Below, in pieces: positions 18,190 to 28,033 of a stretch of DNA of 64,000 nucleotides. Each line of letters opens with the position of its first letter. Positions within the stretch are counted from its first letter, which is position 1. The position numbers and the translations under genes were made by a program. The stretch covers positions 224,001-288,000 of the forward strand of contig CAWJIM010000024.1 in assembly GCA_963842945.1 (NCBI GenBank), in the 5' to 3' direction. A model generated the notes under the pieces. That model had not been told where the DNA came from and searched no databases. It saw nothing but the letters and a program-made list of their open reading frames with translations. The DNA is from an uncultured Gemmatimonadales bacterium (GTDB taxonomy: Bacteria > Gemmatimonadota > Gemmatimonadetes > Gemmatimonadales > GWC2-71-9).

Positions 18190-20114
18190 TCTTCGATCGG
18201 GACATCCCCTTCCAGATAGGTATAGCCCTCCAGCCCCGCGACGTAGTCCGCGATGAAGCTGTTGGCATCGTGCCGGCTGAGATCCTTGGCGTTGGCCACC
18301 TTGCGGCGGAAGGTGGCCAGCAGATCCGAGGCATTGAACTGGACGTAGTTGAGCACCTCGGTCACGGTGTCTCCGTGGACCAGGTCGGTGATCTCGTAGC
18401 CCTGCTCGGTGAGCCGGACGTGGACCGCGTTGGTGTCACCGAAGAGATTGTGCAGGTCGCCCAGGATCTCCTGGTATGCGCCGGTCAGGAAGATCCCCAG
18501 TATGTAGGGTTGCCCTTCGTCCACCGGATGGAGCTCGAGTGAGGGCTTCCCCTTCCGTCCGCCGGTGAACCGGTCGATGACCCCATCGGAATCGCAGGTG
18601 ACGTCCTGTAGCGTCCCCCGCCGAGTCGGCGGGTGGTTGAGCCGGTGAATCGGCATGATGGGGAACAGCTGGTCGATGGCCCAGTGGTCCGGCAGCGATT
18701 GAAAGACGGAGAAGTTGCAGAAGTACCGATCCACCAGCTCCGACTCGATGTGGTTGACGATCTCGGGGAATGCGGCCTTGTCGTCGCCGATGGCGTGGGA
18801 GAGCGCGCCCAGGGTCACCAGATACAACTGGTCGGCGTCCGCCTTGTCTCGCAGAGAAAACACTCCGCTGGCGAAGAACTCCTGGGCCCGCCCCTTGGCG
18901 AACACGGCGTCGTGGAAGACTTCCTCGATCCGGTCCTGGCTCAGGCCCTCCAGATTTTCCGCCATCTCCAGCAGCAGCGGATGGGGGTCCTCCCGAAGCG
19001 GAGGAGCCACCGGCTCCACCTGAGATTCCACGTCGATCACGTTGATCAGCAGCAGCGAGTGATGCGCGGTGAGCGCCCGCCCGGACTCCGAGATGATGTG
19101 CGGCATGGGAAGCTCGTGGCTCCGGCACACTGAGCTCAGGGTGTACACCACGTCGCTGGCGTACTCCCGCATGGAGTAGTTCATGCTGGCCGGGCGAGTC
19201 GAGCGGGAGCCCTCGTAGTCGACACCCAGTCCGCCCCCCACATCGACATGGGTTATATCGAAGCCCATGTTCCGGAGCTCGACGTAGTAGCGTGCGATCT
19301 CCTCGAGGCCAGCCTTGACGTAGCGGATGTCGGTGATCTGGCTGCCCAGGTGAAAGTGGACCAGCTTGAGGAGGTTCTTGCGGTCCAGCCGATCGAGTCG
19401 GTCCAGCAGCTTCATCAGCTCGACCGAGTCGAGGCCGAACTTGGAGCGCTCCCCACCGCTCTTGGCCCAGCGCCCCGATCCTTCGGTGGCGAGCTTGATC
19501 CGGACGCCGGCGGTGGGAACCACGTTCATCTCGTCGGCCACCTTGAGCAGGACCTCCAGCTCGCTCAGCTGCTCCAGCACGATCATCACGCTGTGCCCCA
19601 GCTTCTGGCCCATCAGCGCCAACCGCATGAACTCCTCGTCCTTGTACCCATTGCAGACGATCAGGTGGTTCGTGCTCTCGTTGAGACCGAGCACAGCCTG
19701 GAGCTCGGGCTTGCTGCCGCACTCCAGTCCGACGCCGTGGGAGGCCCCGAACTCCACGATCTCCTGCATGACGTGGCGCTGCTGGTTGACCTTGACCGGA
19801 TACACAGTGGTGTAGCGCCCCTGGTAACCGGTTTCCTTGATGGCGTTGCTGAACTCGGTGGCGAGCGCCTGGATTCGGGAGCGCAGGATGTCGGAGAAAC
19901 GAAGCAGGAGTGGCAGCCCGACACCCTGGGCGTGGAGATCCATCGCGAGGTGGTAGAGATCCAGTCCGCGCTTCCGGTTGGCGTCGGGGTGGACGGTGAC
20001 ATGCCCGTCAGCGTTGATCCGGAAGTAGCCGAGTCCCCACCCACTCATGTTGTAGAGCTTCTCGGCGTCCTTGGTGGTCCAGCCGGGCGGGGACGGAGCG
20101 ACGGTAGTGGCTAT
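18180..20114 (-). CDS. speA: Biosynthetic arginine decarboxylase (probable ATA start at 20114)
   Basis: WTTKDAEKLYNMSGWGLGYF, YPVKVNQ, HFHLGSQI, DVGGGLG, TCDSDG, GAYQEILGDLHNLFG. Confidence 0.95.
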   Translation of the reverse strand: MATTVAPSPPGWTTKDAEKLYNMSGWGLGYFRINADGHVTVHPDANRKRGLDLYHLAMDLHAQGVGLPLLLRFSDILRSRIQALATEFSNAIKETGYQGRYTTVYPVKVNQQRHVMQEIVEFGASHGVGLECGSKPELQAVLGLNESTNHLIVCNGYKDEEFMRLALMGQKLGHSVMIVLEQLSELEVLLKVADEMNVVPTAGVRIKLATEGSGRWAKSGGERSKFGLDSVELMKLLDRLDRLDRKNLLKLVHFHLGSQITDIRYVKAGLEEIARYYVELRNMGFDITHVDVGGGLGVDYEGSRSTRPASMNYSMREYASDVVYTLSSVCRSHELPMPHIISESGRALTAHHSLLLINVIDVESQVEPVAPPLREDPHPLLLEMAENLEGLSQDRIEEVFHDAVFAKGRAQEFFASGVFSLRDKADADQLYLVTLGALSHAIGDDKAAFPEIVNHIESELVDRYFCNFSVFQSLPDHWAIDQLFPIMPIHRLNHPPTRRGTLQDVTCDSDGVIDRFTGGRKGKPSLELHPVDEGQPYILGIFLTGAYQEILGDLHNLFGDTNAVHVRLTEQGYEITDLVHGDTVTEVLNYVQFNASDLLATFRRKVANAKDLSRHDANSFIADYVAGLEGYTYLEGDVPIEDKA

Positions 20115-20419
20115 GGTGGGCTCCAGGGTCGGGGCGAAAGGGCAATTCTAAACGGATCGGACTCCCGATGAAAGCGGGCCTGCAGCCGAGACTTAGCTTG
20201 CGACCGCGCCCCAATCCCAGTGGCGAGACCGCTACAGGGCACCGGTTGACGCGGTACTGCAGACCTTGGAGTTCGGGTCTAACAAATTATCGGCTGCTTA
20301 CTTAGCAAGTGGAGCCCGGGCCGGCAAAGCAACCCGCTCCGGGCACGAAGATCGCATTTCGGAAAGACACTCACCGCGCCAAGTTTTGCAGTTGGATCGC
20401 TTCTGAAAAGAGGGACAGC

Positions 20420-21091
20420 ATGACTGCACCAAGTCTGATGGTTGGCCGCCGTTTTCCCGCTCCCACTCGGCTCCGGCTCCAGCTGGTCTTCGCCCGGGCC
20501 CTCGAGGCATTGGCGGATACCTACCAGCATCAGGCGGCCGAGTTCGTTCGCCGGCTCAAGCCGCGGCTTACTGTGGACGAGGCGCTGCAGCGCTATTTCC
20601 GGGAAGTCGGCGTCCCCGCGGGGATCGAAGAGACGGTGCGATCCCGGGCGCTGATCTCCCTGGCCGGGCTGATCGAGAACCAGCCTCAGCAGGAGGGACG
20701 GGCTTCGAGCTGGACGATTCTCCGGCCGGATTACCTGATCGGGGGGCTGCGGCGCCGGGTGCAGTACGTGGAGGAGACGAATCTGGACTGCCGGTTGGCG
20801 GCCTCGATCTCGGATGAGGCGGTGGCGGCAACGCACGTGCGGATGGCGCTGGAGACGGCAGGGGTTCTGGCCGACGAGGTGACACCCGACCAGGCGATCA
20901 TGCTCTACGTGAAGACGCTCAACCTGAACTCGCTGGATGCCCAGGTGGTGTTCCGTACAGCGATGTCGCAGTGGGCCGAGCTGCATCCGCTGCGGGGTGA
21001 GGCCAAGGTGGTGGTTCCGGCGGTCGAGCCGGAGCGGCCCAGATTGGAGCTACGGAATCGGGCACAGTTTGGATTGAAAGTGATCGTCTAG
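20420..21091 (+). CDS. Hypothetical protein with two internal helical repeats
   Basis: Good SD and codon usage; no family recognised. Confidence 0.75.
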   Translation: MTAPSLMVGRRFPAPTRLRLQLVFARALEALADTYQHQAAEFVRRLKPRLTVDEALQRYFREVGVPAGIEETVRSRALISLAGLIENQPQQEGRASSWTILRPDYLIGGLRRRVQYVEETNLDCRLAASISDEAVAATHVRMALETAGVLADEVTPDQAIMLYVKTLNLNSLDAQVVFRTAMSQWAELHPLRGEAKVVVPAVEPERPRLELRNRAQFGLKVIV

Positions 21092-21339
21092 GGCGCCATC
21101 GGACCGCTGAGGTCCGAGCATCGGCTCCGGCGGAACGGGCCCAGGCATTCGGGCAGTCTCCGCGACAGCCACCCCACTCTTCCCCTGGGAGACTGCCCTC
21201 AACCCCGGCCCATTCCGCCTACGCCCGTCTGAACAGAAGCAACTTCCTAAGCTGACTGGCCTGAGATCAGGCCTCGAAGGAAACGCTGACCCCGCCGCGC
21301 TCACGCTATCTTACGGGAAGCTGAGCGAGAGGCGAGCAG

Positions 21340-22425
21340 ATGCGCTGGTCGTACACGATCGGGAGGATCGCAGGTACCGACATCAAGGTGCACGTCACCT
21401 TCCTGCTGATCCTGGGATGGTGGGCGCTGATCGGCTATTCGGAGGGCGGGCCGGGTGCGGCGGTGACCAGCGCGCTGGCGCTGCTCGCTCTCTTCGCTTG
21501 CATCCTGCTGCACGAGTTCGGGCACATCCTGATGGCGCGACGCTTCGGGGTGCGCACGCCTGACGTCATTCTCCTTCCCATCGGTGGTGTAGCCCGCCTG
21601 GAACGCATCCCCGATGAGCCACGGCAGGAGCTGCTGATCGCTCTGGCCGGGCCAGCGGTGACGCTGGCGATCGCGGGGATACTTCTGGCCATCCTCCGGC
21701 TGAGCGGAAGCCATGCGGAGGTGGCCCGGCTGAACGAGAACCAGCCGTTCCTGGCCCAGCTCGTCAGCGTCAACCTGTACCTGCTCCTGTTCAATCTGAT
21801 ACCGGCCTTTCCCATGGACGGCGGCCGAGTGCTGCGTGCGCTGCTGGCCAGCCGGCTGGGTTTGCTGCGGGGAACCCGCATTGCGGCGACGCTGGGGCAG
21901 ACGTTTGCCGTGCTCGGCGGACTCTATGGCATCACCAAGCCGGAGCCGCTGCTCGTGCTGGTGGCGTTCTTCGTGTTCCTCGGTGCCAATGCGGAGGCGG
22001 CCACAGTGGAGACCAGGCTGGCCGGCCAGGGACTCCAGGTGAGCCAGATGATGGTCACGGATTTCCGCACCATTCCGGTTCACGCGACGCTCAATCAGGC
22101 GGTCGAGCTGCTGCTCAGCGGGGAGCAGCGGGAGTTCCCCGTGCTAGACAACCTGGGTCGCACCGAAGGGATTCTCACTCGCGACAACCTGATCCGCGGC
22201 CTCTCGCAAAAGGGTCCGAACTCCACTGTGGCCGAGGCCATGACCACCGGTGTGCCAAGCGTGCCGCCGACGCTGGCGTTCCAGGAGGCGCTCGACCGGC
22301 TGCGGGCCAGCCGCCTGCCGGCGCTTCCGGTGGTGGACGTGAGGGGTGTGCTGGTCGGGCTTCTCACGATGGACAACATCACCGATTTGTTGCTGGTCCG
22401 GAGAGCGGGGCAGGTGGTTAGGTAG
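21340..22425 (+). CDS. Site-2 protease (M50) with CBS domains
   Basis: HEFGH, NLIPAFPMDGGR, C-terminal CBS pair. Confidence 0.95.
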   Translation: MRWSYTIGRIAGTDIKVHVTFLLILGWWALIGYSEGGPGAAVTSALALLALFACILLHEFGHILMARRFGVRTPDVILLPIGGVARLERIPDEPRQELLIALAGPAVTLAIAGILLAILRLSGSHAEVARLNENQPFLAQLVSVNLYLLLFNLIPAFPMDGGRVLRALLASRLGLLRGTRIAATLGQTFAVLGGLYGITKPEPLLVLVAFFVFLGANAEAATVETRLAGQGLQVSQMMVTDFRTIPVHATLNQAVELLLSGEQREFPVLDNLGRTEGILTRDNLIRGLSQKGPNSTVAEAMTTGVPSVPPTLAFQEALDRLRASRLPALPVVDVRGVLVGLLTMDNITDLLLVRRAGQVVR

Positions 22426-22546
22426 TCGCCAGTCACGAGCTCTTCCCCGCTTCCCAGCTTCCTCACTTCCCCGCTTCTACCCACTAGCGCTTTTCCCCAA
22501 CGCCCTGCATCTTGGCCCCTCTCATATCACACTCACAGGAGGATTC

Positions 22547-23411
22547 ATGCATCAAGGAACGCGACTCGGCGCAGGCTTGGCCATCGCTGCCCTTCTCGCG
22601 GGCTGTGCCCCCGACCGGCACGAGACCAAGGAAGGATCGGTGTCGGAGAATCCCAGCGCCAAACCTGCCGCCGTTACCGTGACTGCCAGCGACTACGGCT
22701 TTCAGGCGCCGGACAGTATGGCGGCCGGAGCAGTGACGGTTCAACTGGTCAACCATGGCAAGGAGCTGCATCAGGCGCAGCTGATCAGGCTGGAGCAGGG
22801 CAAGACCCTGGCTGATGTTGCCCAGGTGCTCAAGAGCGGGGGAGCCATACCATCCTGGATCAAGTTCGTAGGAGGTCCCAACGGTATTGCGCCGGGTCAG
22901 GAGGCCCAGGCCACCGCGGTTCTTCCCCCCGGGAACTACGCCTACATCTGCCTGATCCCGAGCCCCGATGGGGTGATCCACGCAGCTAAGGGAATGGCGC
23001 GTCCCTTTACGGTGACGGGAAGCCTCGTCCACGCCCACGTCTCAGATGCCCACGGCGGAGGTCACCATCAAGCTGCTCGACTACGACTTTCAGCCCTCTC
23101 AGCCGCTCAAGGCCGGCCGGCAGACCATCATGGTCGAGAACGCGGGGCCCCAGCCCCACGAAGTGGTGCTGCTGAAGCTCGCTCCCGGTAAGACCACCGA
23201 GGACTTTGCCATGTGGGCCGAGCACGGCATGAAGGGCCCGCCACCGGCTCAGCCCCTGGGTGGAGTGACCATTCTGGATAAGGGAGGCCGAGGCTCGTTC
23301 ACCGCCGATCTGACGCCGGGCAATTACGGCTTCATCTGCTTTTATCCCGATCAAAAGGACGGAAAGCCGCATCTCGCTCACGGGATGATGAAGAACTTCA
23401 AGGTGAGCTGA
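22547..23411 (+). CDS. Lipoprotein with two cupredoxin-like domains (frameshift ~23030)
   Basis: LLAGC lipobox; two repeats of DY.F..N.G..H...PGNY..IC..P..G..H...GM. Confidence 0.75.
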
Positions 23412-23916
23412 CGCAGCGACCCCGGCGGAAATCGCTGGGTAAACAGTCGAAAGCATTTTGAGACCAGAGGCCCGTGCGCCGAGCACGGGCCTCTTCTTGC
23501 GCCCTCCGCAGCCGATCCGCGTACCTCACATTGGGCGGCACGGTGTAGAGGACGGCCCACCCGTCGCGCACCATCGATTCGTTGACCAGCGTGGATCCCG
23601 CCCAGACGTACGCCAGAGCTCGGCCATACTGATCGTGAGGAGCAACGTCCGATTCCAGGCGTACGGTGGATCCGAGGGGCAGCAGCCGGAGAAGCGCCGC
23701 CCGGGCTTCCGCCCCGATGGGCTGCTGCTGAGATTCGGGGCTGTCGATGCCGATCAGTCGCACCCTCCTGCCGTCGCTGCAGCGGAAGCTGTCGCCATCT
23801 GACACCCGGCTCACGGTGCAGCGGTCGGCGACCGGCGGCCGGGCGTGCTGCGCGGAGCAGCTCACCGGCATCAGCCAGAACAGGAAAGGAAGCAGAGTGA
23901 CCGAGGAACGCGGCAT
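23398..23916 (-). CDS. Thermonuclease (SNase-like) family protein
   Basis: VSDGDSF, VRLIGIDSPE, DQYGRALAYV. Confidence 0.9.
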   Translation of the reverse strand: MPRSSVTLLPFLFWLMPVSCSAQHARPPVADRCTVSRVSDGDSFRCSDGRRVRLIGIDSPESQQQPIGAEARAALLRLLPLGSTVRLESDVAPHDQYGRALAYVWAGSTLVNESMVRDGWAVLYTVPPNVRYADRLRRAQEEARARRTGLWSQNAFDCLPSDFRRGRCVSSP

Positions 23917-24847
23917 GGCCTCAGATCTTCACCTGGTGATCACCGGAGCCGGAGGCCTGATCGGCTCTGCCTTGCTCCCGAGCCTGGCAGCCGACGGGCA
24001 TCGGATCACTCGGATGACTCGACGGGCCGCGGGACCGGGCGAAATCAGCTGGGACCCCACTCGCGGCATTCTCGATCTGCGACAGCTTGGGCGGGTGGAC
24101 GGCGTCATTCATCTGGCCGGAGAGAACATCGGCAGCCGGTGGACGTCGGCCCGAAAGCGCCGAATCCAGCAAAGCCGAGTTCTGGGGACCGGCCTGTTGA
24201 GTCAGGCGCTGAGCCGGCTGCAGCCCAGGCCGGAGGTTCTCATCTCGGCTGCCGCCATCGGCATCTATGGGGACCGGGGAAACGAAGCCCTGACCGAATC
24301 GAGTACTCCGGGAGACCCCGCGCAGGACTTTCTGGTGAGAGTATGTCTGGACTGGGAGGCGGCGGCGGAACCTGCCCGTGAGGCCGGCATCAGGGTGGTT
24401 CACCCGCGATTCGGAGTGGTCCTCAGCCCCGACGGCGGCGCACTGGCCAAGCTCCTCCCTCCATTTCGGCTGGGACTGGGCGGGCATCAGGGACATGGCT
24501 ACCAGTGGATGAGCTGGATTGCGATCGATGACGTGGTCGGCGCCGTTCGCCATCTGTTGAGCGATCGACAGCTGAGCGGCCCGGTCAATGTGACGGCACC
24601 CGGAGCGGTGGTCAATCGCCATTTTACGCAGATCCTGGGACGGGTACTTCGCCGTCCCACACTCTTCCGCGTTCCCGCCGCCGCGCTGAAACTGGGCCTA
24701 GGCGAGATGGCCCAGCGCACCGTGCTGGCCAGCGCCCGAGTACAGCCTTCCAAGCTGCTCCTGAGCGGGTATCGATTCGGGTATCCCGAGCTGGAGGGTG
24801 CTCTGCGGCATGTCCTGGAAACAGAAACGAGCGGTAGCTTTCCCTGA
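23915..24847 (+). CDS. TIGR01777 family epimerase/oxidoreductase
   Basis: [32 protein letters not shown]1731-like tail. Confidence 0.92.
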   Translation: MASDLHLVITGAGGLIGSALLPSLAADGHRITRMTRRAAGPGEISWDPTRGILDLRQLGRVDGVIHLAGENIGSRWTSARKRRIQQSRVLGTGLLSQALSRLQPRPEVLISAAAIGIYGDRGNEALTESSTPGDPAQDFLVRVCLDWEAAAEPAREAGIRVVHPRFGVVLSPDGGALAKLLPPFRLGLGGHQGHGYQWMSWIAIDDVVGAVRHLLSDRQLSGPVNVTAPGAVVNRHFTQILGRVLRRPTLFRVPAAALKLGLGEMAQRTVLASARVQPSKLLLSGYRFGYPELEGALRHVLETETSGSFP

Positions 24848-25560
24848 TGAGCAAACCCACGGCGGTCCTCCTGCTGAGCGGCGGAATGGATTCGGCTACC
24901 ACCGGCGCGATAGCGAGAGACCAGGGATTCGATCTGGTGGCGGTCAGTTTCCGCTACGGCCAACGGCATGCGGTGGAGCTGGAGGCGGCTCGGAAGGTGG
25001 CCCGGCTACTCGGCGTGCACCGGCATCTCATCCTGGACATCGACCTTCGCGCGATCGGAGGGTCGGCGCTCACCGGCGACCTCGCGGTCCCCAAGGATAC
25101 GCCGCTGGAGGCCATCGGCGAGCGAATTCCATCCACCTACGTGCCCGCTCGGAACACCATCTTTCTGTCGTTCGCGCTCGGCGTAGCGGAAGTGGTGGGC
25201 TCCAGCGACATCTTCATCGGGGCGAACGCGCTGGACTATAGTGGATACCCTGACTGCCGCCCGGAATACTTCCAGGCCTTTCAGGGCATGGCCAACCTGG
25301 CCACCCGCGCCGGCGTCGAGGAGGGACGCCGGCTTACCATCCACACGCCGCTGATCCAGCTCACCAAGCGGGAGATCATCCAGCGGGGGCTGTCCCTGGG
25401 ACTGGATTACACTATTACGATCAGCTGCTACGATCCGTCCCCCGATGGTGCCGCCTGCGGCAGGTGCGACGCCTGCCAGCTTCGGGTCAAGGGGTTTCGA
25501 GAGCTGGGTCTCCAGGATCCGGCGGAGTATCAGGCGGTAAGCGGGAGAAGAAAAGCGTGA
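24847..25560 (+). CDS. queC: 7-cyano-7-deazaguanine synthase
   Basis: [28 protein letters not shown]. Confidence 0.97.
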   Translation: MSKPTAVLLLSGGMDSATTGAIARDQGFDLVAVSFRYGQRHAVELEAARKVARLLGVHRHLILDIDLRAIGGSALTGDLAVPKDTPLEAIGERIPSTYVPARNTIFLSFALGVAEVVGSSDIFIGANALDYSGYPDCRPEYFQAFQGMANLATRAGVEEGRRLTIHTPLIQLTKREIIQRGLSLGLDYTITISCYDPSPDGAACGRCDACQLRVKGFRELGLQDPAEYQAVSGRRKA

Positions 25561-25595
25561 GCGGGACTAGGACAAGCGTGAGCGGGAGGAACAGC
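25534..25595 (+). repeat. Family A repeats overlapping the queC stop
   Basis: GGTAAGCGGGAGAAGAAA-AGCGTGAGCGGGACTAGGACA-AGCGTGAGCGGG. Confidence 0.85.
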
Positions 25596-25603
25596 ACGGT
25601 TTT

Positions 25604-26239
25604 ATGAGTTACGCCGTCAAGGAAATCTTCTACACGCTCCAGGGTGAAGGGGCCAATACCGGCCGGCCGGCGGTGTTCTGCCGGTTTGCCGGCTGCAACC
25701 TGTGGAGTGGCCGGGAGCAGGACCGGGCCGATGCCACCTGCCGTTTTTGCGATACCGATTTCGTGGGGACCGATGGCCCCGGCGGCGGTCGCTTTGCCTC
25801 AGCGGATGAGCTGGCCGGGGCCGTGCTATCAGCATGGCCGAGCGATGGGGCCAATCGGCCGTTCGTGGTATGCACCGGCGGCGAGCCGCTGCTGCAGCTG
25901 GATCAGCCGCTGCTCGACGCGCTCCACCGCGCGGGATTCGAGATCGCGGTCGAGACCAACGGGACCCAACCGGTGCCGAGCGGAATCGACTGGGTATGCG
26001 TCAGCCCCAAGGCAGATGCCACCCTGGTCGTACATAGCGGGGACGAGCTCAAGCTGGTGTTTCCCCAGGACGGCGCCGAGCCGAGCCGGTACGAGAGCCT
26101 GGAGTTCAAGCACTTTTATCTCCAGCCGATGGACGGACCGGAACGTGAGGCCCACACTGCCGCGGCACTTCGCTATTGCCTGGCCCACCCGCGCTGGCGG
26201 CTCAGCCTGCAGACGCATAAGCTTCTTGGAATTCCGTAG
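25604..26239 (+). CDS. queE: 7-carboxy-7-deazaguanine synthase (CX14CX2C type)
   Basis: EIFYTLQGEG, RFAGCNLW..CRFCDT, TGGEP, WRLSLQTHK. Confidence 0.96.
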   Translation: MSYAVKEIFYTLQGEGANTGRPAVFCRFAGCNLWSGREQDRADATCRFCDTDFVGTDGPGGGRFASADELAGAVLSAWPSDGANRPFVVCTGGEPLLQLDQPLLDALHRAGFEIAVETNGTQPVPSGIDWVCVSPKADATLVVHSGDELKLVFPQDGAEPSRYESLEFKHFYLQPMDGPEREAHTAAALRYCLAHPRWRLSLQTHKLLGIP

Positions 26240-26356
26240 CGGGGCAGTGGGGCAGCGGGGCGGCGGGGCGGTAGAAGCAGCGCCAATGGGTTGCTTCACT
26301 CGATCCTGCCACTGACCTCCTCCTGCCCCGCTGCCCCGCCCCCCTTCTGCCCCGCT
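26238..26356. repeat. Inverted octamer array (GGGGCAGC)n ... (GCTGCCCC)n
   Basis: Purine-rich left arm and complementary right arm in the queE-HD intergenic region. Confidence 0.8.
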
Positions 26357-26360
26357 GAGA

Positions 26361-26978
26361 ATGAACGGCTATTCCGACCGCATCAATCACGCGTTTGCCT
26401 TTGCCGCCAAGTATCATGGTGCCGTGGCGCCGGTCGGCGCGGGGATGGACTATCTGGCCCATCCGGCCAACGTCGCCATCATCCTGGCCCGCTACGACTG
26501 CGATCAGATCACCATCGTAGCCGGAATCCTCCACCATGTGCTGGAGGAAGCTCTCCCCGACAACAGGCCGGAGCTGGAGCGGAAGATCGCCGACAAGTTC
26601 GGGCCTGTTGTCCTGGCCGTGGCCAAGGACGCGCTGGAACCGAAGATCGACCGCCGCGGCGGCGAGCGGGCATGGCAGGCGCGAAAGCAGGAGTACTTGA
26701 GCCAGCTGGCGATCGCCGAGCCCAGGGCACTCGACATCTGCGTGGCCGATGAGATCCATGCCTGCGGGTCGACCATGACCGCGCTTCGGCGACTCGGGGT
26801 GGAATATCTCCGCACGGTTTCTCGCGCCGGGTCGGATCAGACCATCTGGTGGTACCGGTCCATGCTGGAGATCCTGACTTCGCGAACCGACTGGCCTCAG
26901 CGGGAGATGATGTCGGAGCTCCGGCTCATGAGCGCCGACCTGGTTCGCAGCCTGCGGCAGCGGGAGGTGGATCTGTGA
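26361..26978 (+). CDS. HD-domain protein, Mesh1/RelA-hydrolase-like, degenerate motif
   Basis: AFAFAAKYH, YLAHPANVA, AGILHHVLEE, KFG. Confidence 0.85.
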   Translation: MNGYSDRINHAFAFAAKYHGAVAPVGAGMDYLAHPANVAIILARYDCDQITIVAGILHHVLEEALPDNRPELERKIADKFGPVVLAVAKDALEPKIDRRGGERAWQARKQEYLSQLAIAEPRALDICVADEIHACGSTMTALRRLGVEYLRTVSRAGSDQTIWWYRSMLEILTSRTDWPQREMMSELRLMSADLVRSLRQREVDL

Positions 26979-27802
26979 AGTACCTCGCGCTGCTGATGCT
27001 ATCGCTCATCCTGAGCTGCTACAGCGGCGCGCCGCCGCCGATACCGCTCGACCCGGTTCGCTTTCTGTCCATCAACGACGTGCAGGTGGCAGATACGCTG
27101 CCCAACGGATTGGGAGGGCTCGCCCGGGTGGCCACGGTACGACACCGGCTGGCGGATCAGGGCCCGGTCCTCTTTGTACTGGCCGGCAACGGGCTGGGGT
27201 CCGATGGGAAGCGGATGGTGGAGCTGCTCAACGTGGCCAAACTGGATTTTGCCACCCCCGGGGAGCATGAGCTGAACCTCGGCCCGGATGCCCTGACCCA
27301 GCTCGTGGCCCAATCCCAGTTCACCTGGATCTCCAGCAATTGCACCCGGCCGGACGGAACGCCGTTTCCCAAGGTGGTTCCCTGGGACACGCTTCGGGTG
27401 TCGGGTCACAAGGTTGGTCTGTTCGGGGTGACCCTTCAGGGAGCGTATCCCGAGGGCGTGCGGTGTACCAATCCCGACAGCGCTGCCCACCGGACCATTC
27501 AGACGCTGGGGTCCGAAGCCGCAGATGTGATCGTGGCCATCACGCACCAGAGCACCGACGCCGATCGCAACCTGCTCGCGCGGGAAGCCAAGCTGGACCT
27601 GATCCTGGGTGGACACGTTCAGAAGGCCACCGACTCGATCGTGTCGGGCCGCCACGCGGTCAAGGCGGACGAAAACGCCCAGAGCGCTCAGTTCGTGACC
27701 TTGTGGGGGGGAAAGGATAACTGGCGCCAGGCGGTGGGACTGGTGCAGATCAACGGTGCTCTGCCCCCCGACACCGCGGTGGCAGCTGCTCTCAAGCGTT
27801 GA
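26975..27802 (+). CDS. 5'-nucleotidase-like metallophosphoesterase lipoprotein (N-domain only, degenerate)
   Basis: ILSC lipobox, FLSINDV, GGLARVAT, PGEHE, LILGGH. Confidence 0.8.
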   Translation: MKYLALLMLSLILSCYSGAPPPIPLDPVRFLSINDVQVADTLPNGLGGLARVATVRHRLADQGPVLFVLAGNGLGSDGKRMVELLNVAKLDFATPGEHELNLGPDALTQLVAQSQFTWISSNCTRPDGTPFPKVVPWDTLRVSGHKVGLFGVTLQGAYPEGVRCTNPDSAAHRTIQTLGSEAADVIVAITHQSTDADRNLLAREAKLDLILGGHVQKATDSIVSGRHAVKADENAQSAQFVTLWGGKDNWRQAVGLVQINGALPPDTAVAAALKR

Positions 27803-28033
27803 ATTCCCGACCGGACAGATACGGGATATAAACACAAATCCCGGCAGAGCAGTGCTTGCCGGGACCAGGAGCTTTAGCAGTTTTCATCACCCAGGCTGCA
27901 AAGCCGAAATCCCTGGGGCCCCAAAGGGGCTATGTCGTACAAATCCTTAGAAAGAAGCTAGCGGGTCATCGGCGGCAGCACAAGCCTCTCTAGCGGCTCC
28001 CCCGAAGGAAGGGGTGCTGGTACATTTGGGACC

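Noticed and set aside
20277..20283. GTCTAAC as an att site
   Set aside because: No L box, partner arm or cassette gene; it is part of an AT-rich promoter-region motif.
24847..26239. Dpd 7-deazaguanine DNA-modification island (queC/queE next to a nuclease)
   Set aside because: No dpdA/tgt-like or dpdB-K genes; que genes with queF fit ordinary queuosine synthesis.
27895..27975. c-di-GMP-I riboswitch
   Set aside because: GCAAAGCC and GAAA are present but not in the required order or stem context.
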